Part shown: in pieces, positions 9,783 to 19,482 of the stretch
How the letters are laid out: each line of letters begins with the position of its first letter
Position numbering within the stretch: position 1 is the stretch's first letter
IMG/VR virus record: IMGVR_UViG_2531839455_000003
DNA from: a virus
Lineage: Duplodnaviria > Heunggongvirae > Uroviricota > Caudoviricetes
Reading direction: 5' to 3' (one strand)
DNA: 38,174 bases
Notes under the pieces: generated by a model
The model's database searches: none
Told to the model about the DNA's origin: nothing
Seen by the model: only the letters and a program-made list of their open reading frames with translations
Made by a program: the position numbers and the translations under genes

Positions 9783-10727
9783 ACGGTAAATCAGGCTTCT
9801 GGCGCATTACAGAAAAACCAGAACGGCGCAGATATTCCGGGAAAAGATACCTTCACCAAAAATATTGGGGCCTGCCGCGCATATAGCGCATGGCTGGATA
9901 TTGGTGGCGATAGTCAGGTCTGGACAACCGCGCAATTTATTTCGTGGCTGGAGAGTCAGGGAGCATTTAACCATCCTTACTGGATGTGCAAAGGCTCATG
10001 GGCTTATGCAAATAATAAGGTCATTACAGATACAGGTTGCGGAAATATTTGTCTTGCAGGTGCTGTGGTGGAAGTTATTGGCACTCGCGGCGCAATGACC
10101 ATACGCGTTACTACGCCGAGCACGTCCAGCGGTGGCGGAATTACTAACGCTCAATTCACTTATATTAATCATGGTGATGCTTATGCTCCTGGCTGGCGAC
10201 GAGACTACAACACGAAAAACCAGCAGCCTGCATTTGCTTTAGGGCAAACAGGAAGCAGGGTTGCAAATGATAAAGCTGTTGGCTGGAACTGGAATAGCGG
10301 TGTTTATGATGCAGATATCAGCGGTGCATCGACATTAATCCTCCACTTCAATATGAATGCGGGGAGTTGCCCTGCCGTACAGTTCCGTGTGAATTATAAG
10401 AACGGCGGTATTTTTTATCGTTCAGCACGTGATGGTTATGGATTTGAGGCTAACTGGTCAGAGTTTTACACCACAACCCGCAAACCCTCTGCGGGAGATG
10501 TTGGTGCATATACGCAGGCAGAATGTAACTCAAGGTTTATTACAGGTATTCGCCTTGGCGGTCTGTCATCTGTTCAGACATGGAATGGCCCCGGCTGGTC
10601 TGACAGGTCAGGTTATGTCGTTACGGGTTCAGTTAACGGAAACCGTGATGAATTAATTGATACAACTCAGGCAAGGCCAATTCAGTATTGCATTAATGGG
10701 ACGTGGTATAACGCGGGGAGTATTTAA
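9765..10727 (+). CDS. alternative tail-fibre C-terminal variable segment, promoterless and start-less; fused to the constant H N-terminus only after inversion
   Basis: Frame is open from inside the gix site ([15 protein letters not shown]...) to stop at 10725-10727. Shares the site-encoded LGLQETVN and the C-terminal INGTWYN motif with H. Confidence 0.75.
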   Translation, partial: NLGLQETVNQASGALQKNQNGADIPGKDTFTKNIGACRAYSAWLDIGGDSQVWTTAQFISWLESQGAFNHPYWMCKGSWAYANNKVITDTGCGNICLAGAVVEVIGTRGAMTIRVTTPSTSSGGGITNAQFTYINHGDAYAPGWRRDYNTKNQQPAFALGQTGSRVANDKAVGWNWNSGVYDADISGASTLILHFNMNAGSCPAVQFRVNYKNGGIFYRSARDGYGFEANWSEFYTTTRKPSAGDVGAYTQAECNSRFITGIRLGGLSSVQTWNGPGWSDRSGYVVTGSVNGNRDELIDTTQARPIQYCINGTWYNAGSI

Positions 10728-10729
10728 CG

Positions 10730-11263
10730 ATGATGCACTTAAAAAACATTACTGCTGGCAACCCTAAAACAAAAGAGCAATACCAGCTAACAAAGCAATT
10801 TAACATCAAATGGCTTTATTCAGATGATGGAAAAAACTGGTATGAGGAACAAAAGAATTTCCAGCCAGACACTTTGAAAATGGTCTATGGCCATAACGGC
10901 GTTATTATTTGTATTGAAAAGGATGTTTCAGCAATTAATCCGGAAGGCGCAAGCGTCGTTGAATTACCTGATATTACAGCAAATCGCCGTGCTGACATTT
11001 CGGGTAAATGGATGTTCAAAGATGGCGTAGTGGTAAAGCGAACTTATACCGAGGAAGAGCAGAGGCAGCAGGCGGAAAATGAAAAGCAAAGCCTGCTACA
11101 GCTCGTCAGGGATAAAACCCAGCTATGGGACTCACAGCTACGGCTGGGCATCATTTCCGACGAGAATAAACAAAAATTAACAGAGTGGATGTTCTTTGCG
11201 CAGAAAGTCGAATCTACAGACACTTCCAGCCTGCCAGTAACGTTTCCCGAACAACCTGAATGA
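10730..11263 (+). CDS. tail-fibre assembly protein (alternative copy, Tfa/gpG-like)
   Basis: 177 aa; N-terminus MMHLKNITAGNPKTKEQYQLTK... parallels the other tfa copy; follows the alternative fibre segment. Confidence 0.85.
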   Translation: MMHLKNITAGNPKTKEQYQLTKQFNIKWLYSDDGKNWYEEQKNFQPDTLKMVYGHNGVIICIEKDVSAINPEGASVVELPDITANRRADISGKWMFKDGVVVKRTYTEEEQRQQAENEKQSLLQLVRDKTQLWDSQLRLGIISDENKQKLTEWMFFAQKVESTDTSSLPVTFPEQPE

Positions 11264-11266
11264 GAC

Positions 11267-11290
11267 AAGGCCCGATAGCGGGCCTTAATT
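11267..11290. terminator. bidirectional hairpin between the convergent tfa genes
   Basis: AAGGCCCG-ATAG-CGGGCCTT followed by AATTTTTATT. Confidence 0.5.
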
Positions 11291-11291
11291 T

Positions 11292-11819
11292 TTATTCAGG
11301 CTTTTGTGGCCATTCAGGATTTGCCGTATCCACACGGTTGACCAGAACACTGTAGCGTTCCCATGACTCCAGTCGTGCGCGTTCCTCATCCGTCGCCATA
11401 TTCAGCCTGACAGCGCGTTCCAGCGGCTGGATGACTGATTCAGCTTCGGAAAGCAATGCGGCCTTTTGTGATTCGGCCTGTTGTTGCTGTTCGTCAGCCG
11501 TATAAATCCGTTTAACCACAGCTCCGTCCTTAAACATCCACTTTCCTGAATCATCAGCGCGGCGGTTGGCTGTTATATCGGGAACCTCAACGACGCTAAA
11601 ACCTTCAGGGTTAAGCGTGGAGGCATCTTTAGTGATGGCGACAATAATATTATTTGCATCGTAAACAATCTTTATTGTGTCTGGCTGAAAGTTTTTCACT
11701 TCCTCATACCAGTTTTTTCCGTCCTCAGAGTAAAGCCAGATAACTCCGTGTTTCTTTGTTAACTCATACTGTTCCAGTGTTTTAGCGTTACCCGCTTTTA
11801 TGTTCTTTAAGTGCATCAT
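11292..11819 (-). CDS. G: tail-fibre assembly protein (currently expressed copy, gpG-like)
   Basis: 175 aa, [22 protein letters not shown]...; immediately downstream of H on the same strand. Confidence 0.88.
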   Translation of the reverse strand: MMHLKNIKAGNAKTLEQYELTKKHGVIWLYSEDGKNWYEEVKNFQPDTIKIVYDANNIIVAITKDASTLNPEGFSVVEVPDITANRRADDSGKWMFKDGAVVKRIYTADEQQQQAESQKAALLSEAESVIQPLERAVRLNMATDEERARLESWERYSVLVNRVDTANPEWPQKPE

Positions 11820-11820
11820 A

Positions 11821-13983
11821 TTAAACGCTCGCTACATTATACCAGGTGCCATTTATATACTTTTGAACGGGTCTGTAATAAACGCCCGCTATATTATCGG
11901 CAGAGTTGGAGCCTGTATCCTGAACATTAATACCAGACAATACATGACCTGACGGGCACTGGAAATTCCATGTTTGCCAGTTGTTCACTCCATAATATTG
12001 CTGTGAACCAAGTCGAACATCTTTCACATATCTGGAATCAAAATTGCCATAATTGCCGGGAATAACTTGCGCACCGCAAAGCCAGTTCCCGTTATTATCC
12101 ATGTACGCCTGACCATCGGTACCATTGGCTGTCCTTGAGTTATTAATCATGTAGATGCCAAATTGCTTATTTCCCAGACCGCCAATCATAAATTTTCGGT
12201 CGGCATGGTCCTGACGGAGCAAGGCCTGGGCGCTATCAGTGTTAACTATATTTTTCCCAAAGATAGCGTTGTTATCGCGCATCTGAATCCACATACCATT
12301 ACCGCTGTTAATAGCAAAACGGTCTGAAAGTGTTTCTCCTGAAACATTAAGGCCACGCCCCATCGAAACAGCGCCAGTAGCGTTATTAATCCATAATGGC
12401 CTTAATCCGTTATAAGTCCCCATGTTGTCACCGGAGTTTGTCAACATGAAGTATGTATTTGAACCATCATTACGAATAAAGAATCCGTAATTACCATAAG
12501 CAATACGTAGGCCGTTTGCTGATTTTGATATGACTTCGCCATTTACAATGGCATTGACAAGAACATACAAAGCATCCCATTTAAGATTCATCAGGTCTTT
12601 TGTTGTGGTGCTTTGTTTGCTTCTCCATTTGAAATATTCATTGCCGTTGTCGCCTGTTTCAAACCACATGTATGAATCAGTGTCACCATCGGCATCATTT
12701 TTAAATCCAATCTTTGCCCAGTCAGTATTTCGAATCCAGGCAAGGATTGAGTCATTTTCAAAAGTAAGCCCACCGGACAAGGTATCGCCATTTTTTTGCA
12801 CGGCGTTACCAGCCCTGTTTACCGTTTCCTGTAAACCGAGGTATTCGATAACAGCGGCAACGGTCGATTTCGCAAGAATATCCCGCCCGACTTCTGTCAG
12901 GGTTGCCAGACTGGCAACATCATTCCCCGTAAAATACGGAAACCTGTCTGCTGCAGTAGCAAGCCCGGCCAGCGCCGTCAGGGTGGCATCTTTCGGTTGC
13001 TTACCCGCAAGCGCGTTAGTCATGGTGGTCGCAAAATTCGGGTCGTTGCCCAGCGCCGCCGCCAGCTCGTTCAGCGTGTTCAGTGCGTCAGGTGAAGAGT
13101 CTACAAGTGCGGCAATCGCGGCCATAACGAAAGCCGTGCTTGCGATTTGGGTATTATTCGTTCCCTGTTGTGCAGTTGGTGTTGTTGGCGTTCCGGTCAG
13201 TGCCGGGCTGTTTAATGGGGCTTTCTTGTTCGTTTCATCCATTACCGCCTTAACCGCTTTTGGTGTCGCTGCCAGCGTTTCAGACGTGCTGTTGGTTGCA
13301 CTGCTGAGCTGGACTATCCCTTTTCGTGCCGTCGTGGCGTCCTGAGCGGTATATTTTCCGTTAGCCAGGTCATACGCGGCCTTAACCGCTTTCGGCGTTG
13401 CAGCCAGCGTTTCAGAATCGCTGTTAGTGGCGCTACTGAGTTGAACAAAGCCTTTTGCGGTCAGCGAGGCATCCGGGTGACGTCGTGACTGTTCATGCTC
13501 TTTCAGTTTGTCATCCACGTAATCCACTGTGGCCATCACCATGGTGTTATCCACGGTAAGCGCCACGGTGGCAGTGCTGGATACGGTCAGAATGGTGCGA
13601 AATGTTTGTGCACGTCCTGACCCTTCGGCAACGGTTGGCTTGTAACTTTCGGCAGTATTGCCTACTGCGATTAAATCGCCGTGCTCATCAAACACACCAA
13701 TTTCCCGGATCCAGAATCCGCCCGTTTCTGGAGGAATAACCAGCTCCGCAATAATGCGGTTCTGATGTGTTGCGTCCAGGATGACGCGATTAACAGTGTG
13801 TCGCCACACCTCATGCACCAGACGGGTCTGCTTACTGTCTGGTGTGGGCAACGTGCCGCCACCGTCGCCCACGGCCATATGAGTCAGGCGGACAGGCTTA
13901 CCATCTGGCGCGGCTGCCTGAGCTAATTTTTTTGCACCCGTATCGGTGATAACGGTTTTAAATTTTCGTGTTGTGGTACTCAT
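11821..13983 (-). CDS. H: tail fibre protein gpH (constant N-terminus plus current variable C-terminus)
   Basis: 720 aa; N-terminus [31 protein letters not shown] is P2 H-like; contains the left gix-like site at 12826-12851 in frame. Confidence 0.92.
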   Translation of the reverse strand: MSTTTRKFKTVITDTGAKKLAQAAAPDGKPVRLTHMAVGDGGGTLPTPDSKQTRLVHEVWRHTVNRVILDATHQNRIIAELVIPPETGGFWIREIGVFDEHGDLIAVGNTAESYKPTVAEGSGRAQTFRTILTVSSTATVALTVDNTMVMATVDYVDDKLKEHEQSRRHPDASLTAKGFVQLSSATNSDSETLAATPKAVKAAYDLANGKYTAQDATTARKGIVQLSSATNSTSETLAATPKAVKAVMDETNKKAPLNSPALTGTPTTPTAQQGTNNTQIASTAFVMAAIAALVDSSPDALNTLNELAAALGNDPNFATTMTNALAGKQPKDATLTALAGLATAADRFPYFTGNDVASLATLTEVGRDILAKSTVAAVIEYLGLQETVNRAGNAVQKNGDTLSGGLTFENDSILAWIRNTDWAKIGFKNDADGDTDSYMWFETGDNGNEYFKWRSKQSTTTKDLMNLKWDALYVLVNAIVNGEVISKSANGLRIAYGNYGFFIRNDGSNTYFMLTNSGDNMGTYNGLRPLWINNATGAVSMGRGLNVSGETLSDRFAINSGNGMWIQMRDNNAIFGKNIVNTDSAQALLRQDHADRKFMIGGLGNKQFGIYMINNSRTANGTDGQAYMDNNGNWLCGAQVIPGNYGNFDSRYVKDVRLGSQQYYGVNNWQTWNFQCPSGHVLSGINVQDTGSNSADNIAGVYYRPVQKYINGTWYNVASV
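12826..12851. other. gix/pix-like 26-bp inversion crossover site (left), inside H
   Basis: TTCCTGTAAACCGAGGTATTCGATAA, inverted relative to the site at 9757-9782. Confidence 0.8.
13247..13446 (-). repeat. intragenic tandem direct repeat in H (two ~68-bp copies, 132-bp period)
   Basis: Copies at 13247-13314 and 13379-13446 encode the repeated peptide [22 protein letters not shown]. Confidence 0.7.
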
Positions 13984-13985
13984 GC

Positions 13986-14516
13986 TTAATCGTCCGGATA
14001 AATGGTAATGACTTCACCGTCGTAAGTTGCTGCCGCCGCGAAAATATCTCCCGGGATCTCCTGAATGATATTCAGCCCTGTCATGTGGCGGCTGACCGGG
14101 CGGGCATCAGCAATCAACCGCTCCATTTCCAGATACATTTCCTCCGTCACGCCACTGTCCAGCGTGCCGACTTCAACGGTAAATGTTCCCGGTTCTCCGT
14201 CGAACTCCCACCACTCAGACACGCGAATGAGGTATCCCAGCGGCTCAATGGCCCGGCGCAGTGCGCTGATGGTCCCTTTGTGTCGGTGTATCAGCCATGC
14301 ATCACGAATCACCTGTCGCTTTGTCTCTTCCGGCCAGTTGCGATCCCAGCGGTCAACGGAAAATGCCCAGGCGAGATAAGGCAGCAAATGCACCGGGCAG
14401 GTGTCCGGTGACCACAGCGTGTTGAGGTCTACCGGGATGTCTGTAATGCGCGCTCCGACAGCTTCGGCGCAACGCATGAAACGGCTGGCTGATGGCGGTA
14501 ACAGTGAATTACTCAT
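13986..14516 (-). CDS. I: baseplate/tail protein gpI
   Basis: Start trimmed to ATG 14516 (MSNSLLPPSAS..., SD AAGGTGGG); small overlap with the J stop. Confidence 0.85.
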   Translation of the reverse strand: MSNSLLPPSASRFMRCAEAVGARITDIPVDLNTLWSPDTCPVHLLPYLAWAFSVDRWDRNWPEETKRQVIRDAWLIHRHKGTISALRRAIEPLGYLIRVSEWWEFDGEPGTFTVEVGTLDSGVTEEMYLEMERLIADARPVSRHMTGLNIIQEIPGDIFAAAATYDGEVITIYPDD

Positions 14517-15405
14517 TGCGCCCACCTTCGCTGATGGTGAATGACTCACAGCGCGCCGCCTGTATGTCGCTGATGGCCAGATTCTGTGTGGGTTCGATTA
14601 TCTCCACGCGTTGCACACCGTGCACATGCAGTGCGGCAGCAATGGCGGACAACGCCACGTCCTGACCGATAAGCCCCTGCTCAGCCAGCCACTTCCTGAA
14701 CGACGATTCAGCCGCCGCCAGAATAGGTTCGGATTCCGGACCGGGGTAAAAGTACAGTTTTGCATTCAGCCGCCATGTCACGATTCTGGCGCTCTGTACG
14801 GTCAGGCGGTCGGCCACCGGGCGGGTATCCTCTGCATTCAGAACGGCGCGAACGGTATTAAGCAACGCCTCCGTTGCTGTGCCGTCGCCTTCAGTGGACA
14901 GGATGGAAACCGTCACATTTGCCGGAGACGGACTGATAGCCCGCGCATCACGCACCAGACCGCTGGCGCTGCGGGCAAAATACTCGTATGCACCTGACGG
15001 GCCAGCAACACTCAGGCCGTCGTACGCCCGCTGCGCCCGCAGTCTCAGCGAGGTGTCGCTCTCCATCACCGCGTCGGTGGTATCCGTTGCCGGAGTGATA
15101 ACCAGGCGCTTTGTGTTCATATTGCCCGCGAGGTTGTCCAGGTCTGTCCCGGCGCTGTGGCTTAACATGCAGGCGCGTGCCCCCTCGTTAACCCGCTGGC
15201 GTAACAGCATTTCACGAAACGACATGGTTTGAGCGATAACGTTAAGGGGTTCCGATTCCAGCTCCAGCGCGGCGGAAACGGCTTCACGCTGTTCGGCGGG
15301 ATAAGCCGCAATCATCATGGCCTTTGTGTCAGCCAGAATTGCCTCAAAGTCAGGCTCCGCGATGATGGCGGGGTCCGGTAACTGTGAAAGGTCAACGGCG
15401 GGCAT
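14509..15405 (-). CDS. J: baseplate assembly protein gpJ
   Basis: 298 aa; position and size match P2 J. Confidence 0.9.
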   Translation of the reverse strand: MPAVDLSQLPDPAIIAEPDFEAILADTKAMMIAAYPAEQREAVSAALELESEPLNVIAQTMSFREMLLRQRVNEGARACMLSHSAGTDLDNLAGNMNTKRLVITPATDTTDAVMESDTSLRLRAQRAYDGLSVAGPSGAYEYFARSASGLVRDARAISPSPANVTVSILSTEGDGTATEALLNTVRAVLNAEDTRPVADRLTVQSARIVTWRLNAKLYFYPGPESEPILAAAESSFRKWLAEQGLIGQDVALSAIAAALHVHGVQRVEIIEPTQNLAISDIQAARCESFTISEGGRNE

Positions 15406-15408
15406 GAT

Positions 15409-15759
15409 TTACTCCCTTAGCGTGATGGTTAATTCAACATTCTGCATGGTCTGCATGACAGTGCCCGACAGCGTCACCCCGGCGCGGCCTCCCGCTTTCC
15501 AGACAACGTCGATGGCATCCAGGGCAATGCGGGGTTCCCATCGTGTCAGCGCAATCACGGCAGCACTCATGCATTGCAGACGCGTGGTGTTATTCATGGG
15601 TTCGTCAATCAAATCAGGCACAAGGCTGCCATATTCCCGTCGCATAACCCGGCTTGCCAGCGGGGTGGTCAGGATATCCCTGACTGACTGTTTCAGGTGC
15701 TCCATATCGTTCAGGTTTCCCGTTCCGTCCGGGTTCATTCCTGTGTAGCGGGTTGTCAC
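15409..15759 (-). CDS. W: baseplate protein gpW
   Basis: 116 aa; matches P2 W in size and order. Confidence 0.88.
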   Translation of the reverse strand: MTTRYTGMNPDGTGNLNDMEHLKQSVRDILTTPLASRVMRREYGSLVPDLIDEPMNNTTRLQCMSAAVIALTRWEPRIALDAIDVVWKAGGRAGVTLSGTVMQTMQNVELTITLRE

Positions 15760-16337
15760 TGCGGGCCTCCTGTCGAATCGCTGCCACCTTTAACACCACC
15801 GTGTTTATGCGTATGCACTGTGATGCCGTTTGAGGTGAAATCGCCGCCGCTGTGCGTGATATTGCCGCTCATCTTTCCTCCTTTTGTGACGTCAAGCGTC
15901 GCTGTTCTCAGAAGGTTTGTGCATTCCACGACGGGCGTGTCCAGTGTCACGCTGACGGATGCCTGTAAAGTGGCCGTTTTCATGCCGCTGGCGCTCAGTG
16001 CGCCAGCGTCCGCGTCGTAGCGGAACACCGCGCCGTCCGGCGCGCTGATCACGATTTCTTTCAGGCTTTTGCCGGGGGCCGGATTTGCATCACTCCACAG
16101 GCTGCCAATTATCATGGCGGTTTCCGGGTTGCCGCCAATGCAGGCAATTACCACCTGTTCGCCGGGTGATGGCGGCAGCCATACATTGAAGGCTCCCGCG
16201 CGCGTGGTGTTCCAGCGCAGCCAGCCTGTTTCCAGTTCGCCGCTGCGAACGCGCACGCGCCAGGACTTCTCATCAACTTCAGAGATGATCCCGGTGCGGA
16301 TGATGTTGCTCAGCAGTCGCATGAGTTCTGCGCTCAC
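15756..16337 (-). CDS. V: baseplate spike/assembly protein gpV
   Basis: 193 aa; overlapping stop/start with W. Confidence 0.85.
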   Translation of the reverse strand: MSAELMRLLSNIIRTGIISEVDEKSWRVRVRSGELETGWLRWNTTRAGAFNVWLPPSPGEQVVIACIGGNPETAMIIGSLWSDANPAPGKSLKEIVISAPDGAVFRYDADAGALSASGMKTATLQASVSVTLDTPVVECTNLLRTATLDVTKGGKMSGNITHSGGDFTSNGITVHTHKHGGVKGGSDSTGGPQ

Positions 16338-16978
16338 CGTACAGCCTCCGCAATCCGGCCCAGCACCGTGTTATAAATCAGGCGTTCATCTGCCTGACTG
16401 ATACCCAGCAGCTCACGTACCGGGTAATCGGTGAAAATGCCCGGCGCAACCTGATCGCGCTCACCGAACTGATGAACGCGTGCAATACGTGCGGCCACGC
16501 CGCTGTAACCCACCGTCACACCGGAAGCATCTGCACGGGCTTTCAGGTAGCGGGCGGTGCGCAGTTTTACGAACATGGGGACGCGCTTTGTGCTGTCCTG
16601 GTTGATGCGCCGGGTGCGTATTTCCAGAAAGCGGTCGATGTCATCCCGGTAAAACGTGCGGATGGTGTTTTTATCCTCATCCCACCCGGTGATGGTTCGC
16701 CCGTATTTCCCCGTGTCGTGATGCCAGTTTTTCAGCGTGCGTGCTTCGTTATTCCAGATAAAGCGAATGCGCTCCTGTATCCGGGTTACGCGGCGTCTGC
16801 GTGGTGTCCATGCGGTCCCGTCCGGCGCTTTCTGTGACCGGATGCGCGCCTGCTGGGCGCGGCGTAAATCCTGTGCCAGCTTTCTGGCGATGTTATTGAT
16901 GGCCTGCTGATTCAGGCTGTCGCGGATGGCCTCAAAGGTTTCATCCACGCGGGTGAATGCCTTATCCATCGCTTTCAC
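16334..16978 (-). CDS. S: tail completion / virion morphogenesis protein (gpS-like)
   Basis: Assigned by position between R and V. 214 aa is longer than P2 S, so the true start may be internal. Confidence 0.65.
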   Translation of the reverse strand: MKAMDKAFTRVDETFEAIRDSLNQQAINNIARKLAQDLRRAQQARIRSQKAPDGTAWTPRRRRVTRIQERIRFIWNNEARTLKNWHHDTGKYGRTITGWDEDKNTIRTFYRDDIDRFLEIRTRRINQDSTKRVPMFVKLRTARYLKARADASGVTVGYSGVAARIARVHQFGERDQVAPGIFTDYPVRELLGISQADERLIYNTVLGRIAEAVR

Positions 16979-17429
16979 CCCACGTCACATCCTGGAATAC
17001 ATGCGACCAGTCGCCTTCGGAAGAGGGCAGGCGGGGTTTTGGCTCCGGCAGGTGTTCTGCCTGCGGTGTACCCTGACTGCTGCGCGTGATGCGAACGCGT
17101 TCCCGCAGAGGGAGCGTAAACAGGAGATCGGCGCTGTCATCGTCATTGATAACGGCAGAAAATTTGATGTCCTGATTACGCTCCGGATTGAGCAACAACT
17201 GTGGCTGATTTTCGGATAACCACGCCAGCAGCGGCAGCGTGAGGTCGTCCAGCTCTCCGGCGTAATCCATGACAAACATCACCATCTGATAGCGGTAAAC
17301 AAACGAGGGAGTTTCTCCGGTCGTTTCAATGTTGCCGCTCTCCACGAAAATGGTGAATTTTTCCGGGTTGGCCTGACACCATCGGCATGAACGGGTCATG
17401 GCTTCACGCAGGGAATCAGTTTTCAGCAT
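16962..17429 (-). CDS. R: tail completion protein gpR
   Basis: 155 aa, the size of P2 R; sits between the lysis cassette and S. Confidence 0.8.
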   Translation of the reverse strand: MLKTDSLREAMTRSCRWCQANPEKFTIFVESGNIETTGETPSFVYRYQMVMFVMDYAGELDDLTLPLLAWLSENQPQLLLNPERNQDIKFSAVINDDDSADLLFTLPLRERVRITRSSQGTPQAEHLPEPKPRLPSSEGDWSHVFQDVTWGESDG

Positions 17430-17736
17430 GGTTGTTATCCTCGTTGTTCAGTCGTTGCAGCCTGCGCTGTTCCAGTAATTCAATGGCCCGTTTATCCGCG
17501 TTACAGGTTTCCAGTGCATCCAGAAGGCGGTCGCCCCATATACCGAGATTTCCCCATGTGGGAGTATCAGGGAAGGGGGGAGGCGTTACCGGTATGGTCA
17601 GCGTCTGCGGTATAAGCCGGACTGACGGCGCTGGCCGTGGCGCGTTCTGCGTGCCTGCGCAACCTGTCAGTAAAACGAGCGTCAGGCAAAGCGTGGGCGC
17701 ATTCATCTTTTGCAATATCGTTGCGTAGCTGTTCAC
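17416..17736 (-). CDS. lysC: o-spanin (Rz1/LysC-like outer-membrane lipoprotein)
   Basis: Signal peptide with lipobox LLTGC, proline-rich mature part; starts inside the i-spanin gene in another frame. Start is GTG 17736 or ATG 17706. Confidence 0.7.
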   Translation of the reverse strand: MNSYATILQKMNAPTLCLTLVLLTGCAGTQNAPRPAPSVRLIPQTLTIPVTPPPFPDTPTWGNLGIWGDRLLDALETCNADKRAIELLEQRRLQRLNNEDNNHAEN

Positions 17737-17974
17737 GTCTGGCCTCTCCGTCCTGATTTCGCTGTTGATTTTCCACGCGGAGTTGCGCCAGCACCTGCTG
17801 CATATCCTGTACCCCGGTGCTGATGATATTCAGGGTGTCGACGGTACTTTTCAGGGCGCTGGCCTGCGCTTCGTTTCTGGCGTTCTCCCGGCCCAGCGAC
17901 CACGACAGACGCATGGATGTTCCCCATGCGGCAATCAGAATGAAAGCGACGCCTAGCGTGGGCCAGAGCTTCAT
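17567..17974 (-). CDS. lysB: i-spanin (Rz/LysB-like)
   Basis: Start trimmed to ATG 17974 (MKLWPTLGVAFILIAAWG..., N-terminal TM helix) with SD GGAG; periplasmic part looks coiled-coil. Confidence 0.7.
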   Translation of the reverse strand: MKLWPTLGVAFILIAAWGTSMRLSWSLGRENARNEAQASALKSTVDTLNIISTGVQDMQQVLAQLRVENQQRNQDGEARREQLRNDIAKDECAHALPDARFTDRLRRHAERATASAVSPAYTADADHTGNASPLP

Positions 17975-18363
17975 GTCGGATAGGCTCCGTGTGGTAACTG
18001 AAAATGCGGTCCGTCTTTCAGGGTCTTCCAGTCGCCGCCCCATTCCACCGGAATATTCAGTTCCCGGCTGGCCTGTCTGAATGCTGCTGCGATTTTTTCG
18101 TACAGCGGCCATTCCCATGACACCTGGCTGCCGATATAAGCCACAACATCCACGGCATGCCCCGTAAGGTGGCGGCTGTTCATGGTCTGGCTCTTACCCG
18201 TGGCCACCAGTTGCTTCTGGCGGTAACGGCTGCGCACCCCTTCGGTGATACCAAAATCCACTTCCGAGATTTCCAGTGCCCGTCGGGTCACTTTCACCAG
18301 ATCAGGATTTACGCCCTGCAAATTCTTTTCGCTCCGGCTGCTGAATTTAAATGTGTTGCTCAT
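17971..18363 (-). CDS. endolysin, peptidase M15 (L-Ala-D-Glu / VanY-like) family
   Basis: 130 aa with HLTGHAVDV and WGGDW...DGPHFQL motifs typical of zinc peptidase M15 endolysins; ATGA overlap with the holin stop. Confidence 0.82.
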   Translation of the reverse strand: MSNTFKFSSRSEKNLQGVNPDLVKVTRRALEISEVDFGITEGVRSRYRQKQLVATGKSQTMNSRHLTGHAVDVVAYIGSQVSWEWPLYEKIAAAFRQASRELNIPVEWGGDWKTLKDGPHFQLPHGAYPT

Positions 18364-18683
18364 TCGTCCTTCTCCTTCACCCTGCGATTAAAGGCCGCAA
18401 TAACCTTGTCGCGTGCTTTCTCTGCCCCCATAAAACCGATTGATGCGCCGATAAACGTCACGGCATCTTCAGGAAAACCGAAGAAGCGCAACGACCCGGC
18501 CACGGCCATGGCGAGAACGCCGCACGCCAGCGATCCCGTTACGGTCTGAACCAGTGTTCGTCCGTCATAAAGACTCATCAGCGCGGAAATGCTGACCGCC
18601 GCGCCTACTGCATACACCGTTGGCAGGTGGTCAAAGAGCCATGCAATAACCTGCTCTGTGATCCCTGTTTGAATGGTGTTCAC
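18360..18683 (-). CDS. putative holin
   Basis: GTG start at 18683 preceded by GGGGGGAG (5-nt spacer); about 107 aa with 2-3 hydrophobic helices and a charged C-terminus (RRVKEKDE); sits in the P2 Y position. Confidence 0.6.
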   Translation of the reverse strand: MNTIQTGITEQVIAWLFDHLPTVYAVGAAVSISALMSLYDGRTLVQTVTGSLACGVLAMAVAGSLRFFGFPEDAVTFIGASIGFMGAEKARDKVIAAFNRRVKEKDE

Positions 18684-18685
18684 TG

Positions 18686-18886
18686 CTACTCCCCCCACAA
18701 CTGAATCATTTCTCGTTTCTTCTTCTCCGGCTCCGGCATCTCCACTTCCTGCCCGGCGTCCAGAAATACCTGCTGACAGAGTCCGGGGTTGGCATCCAGC
18801 ACCTTTTCGGTGACGCCCTGCGTCGTGCCGTAGTACCGGAAACAGAGCGAATCCACGGTGTTGCCTTCCAGTGCCTTCACTTTCAT
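18686..18886 (-). CDS. X: tail protein gpX
   Basis: MKVKALEGNTVDSLCFRYYGTTQGVTEKVLDANPGL resembles P2 X; start trimmed to ATG 18886. Confidence 0.8.
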   Translation of the reverse strand: MKVKALEGNTVDSLCFRYYGTTQGVTEKVLDANPGLCQQVFLDAGQEVEMPEPEKKKREMIQLWGE

Positions 18887-19389
18887 CAGCACAACTCCGC
18901 AAAGATTCGCGGGCGGCACAGAATGTCAGAGATGGCCCAGCTCACATCGCGCCACAAATCTGATGTCTGTATATCCAGTGCGTCCGCCCGGCGGTCGCCC
19001 TTGTCCGTTGTGTCCGCATCGCGGTAACGCTCCAGAATCAGGGCGCGTGTGGCGGTATAAACAGCATTGCGCCAGTGCCAGAGATTGACGCTTTCTCCGT
19101 TAATTACGGGTGCCGGAACATCGGCCAGCGTCTGATGGCCAGCCGCCTGCTGTTCCTGCTGCCATGCTTCCAGCTCGCGGGTAACGTGAGCCACCGCCCC
19201 GGTGGCGGTATGCAGCAGGCGGGAGGTGGTCACACGGCCCGGTAGTCGTATCGCCAGACGCAGCTCACGCAGCACAATATCCGGCCAGAATGCGCCCGCT
19301 GAAATACGGGTATCACCATCATCGGTATCGGTGATGTCGTCCTCTGCGGGTCCGGGGTTGGTTCTGGCAACCATACTCATGGGGTTCAC
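18886..19389 (-). CDS. L: head completion/stabilisation protein gpL
   Basis: 167 aa; position and size match P2 L. Confidence 0.85.
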   Translation of the reverse strand: MNPMSMVARTNPGPAEDDITDTDDGDTRISAGAFWPDIVLRELRLAIRLPGRVTTSRLLHTATGAVAHVTRELEAWQQEQQAAGHQTLADVPAPVINGESVNLWHWRNAVYTATRALILERYRDADTTDKGDRRADALDIQTSDLWRDVSWAISDILCRPRIFAELC

Positions 19390-19482
19390 TCCTGAAAAAA
19401 ATCGGGCGGTGGGTGCGCGGTGTAAACGGTCACGGAGTCAAACCGGAACACCGCGTACGCCGCCCGCTGACGGGGTCAGTCG

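Larger units (their letters stand above)
9757..12851. mobile_element. invertible tail-fibre host-range segment (G-segment-like), about 3.1 kb
   Basis: Bounded by inverted 26-bp sites at 9757-9782 and 12826-12851 (23/26 identical). Contains two convergent tail-fibre assembly genes and two alternative tail-fibre C-terminal coding segments. Confidence 0.82.

Noticed and set aside
12530-13345. 271-aa plus-strand ORF inside tail-fibre gene H
   Set aside because: Low-complexity Ser/Ala/Val-rich translation antisense to H; an artefact of the repetitive fibre sequence.
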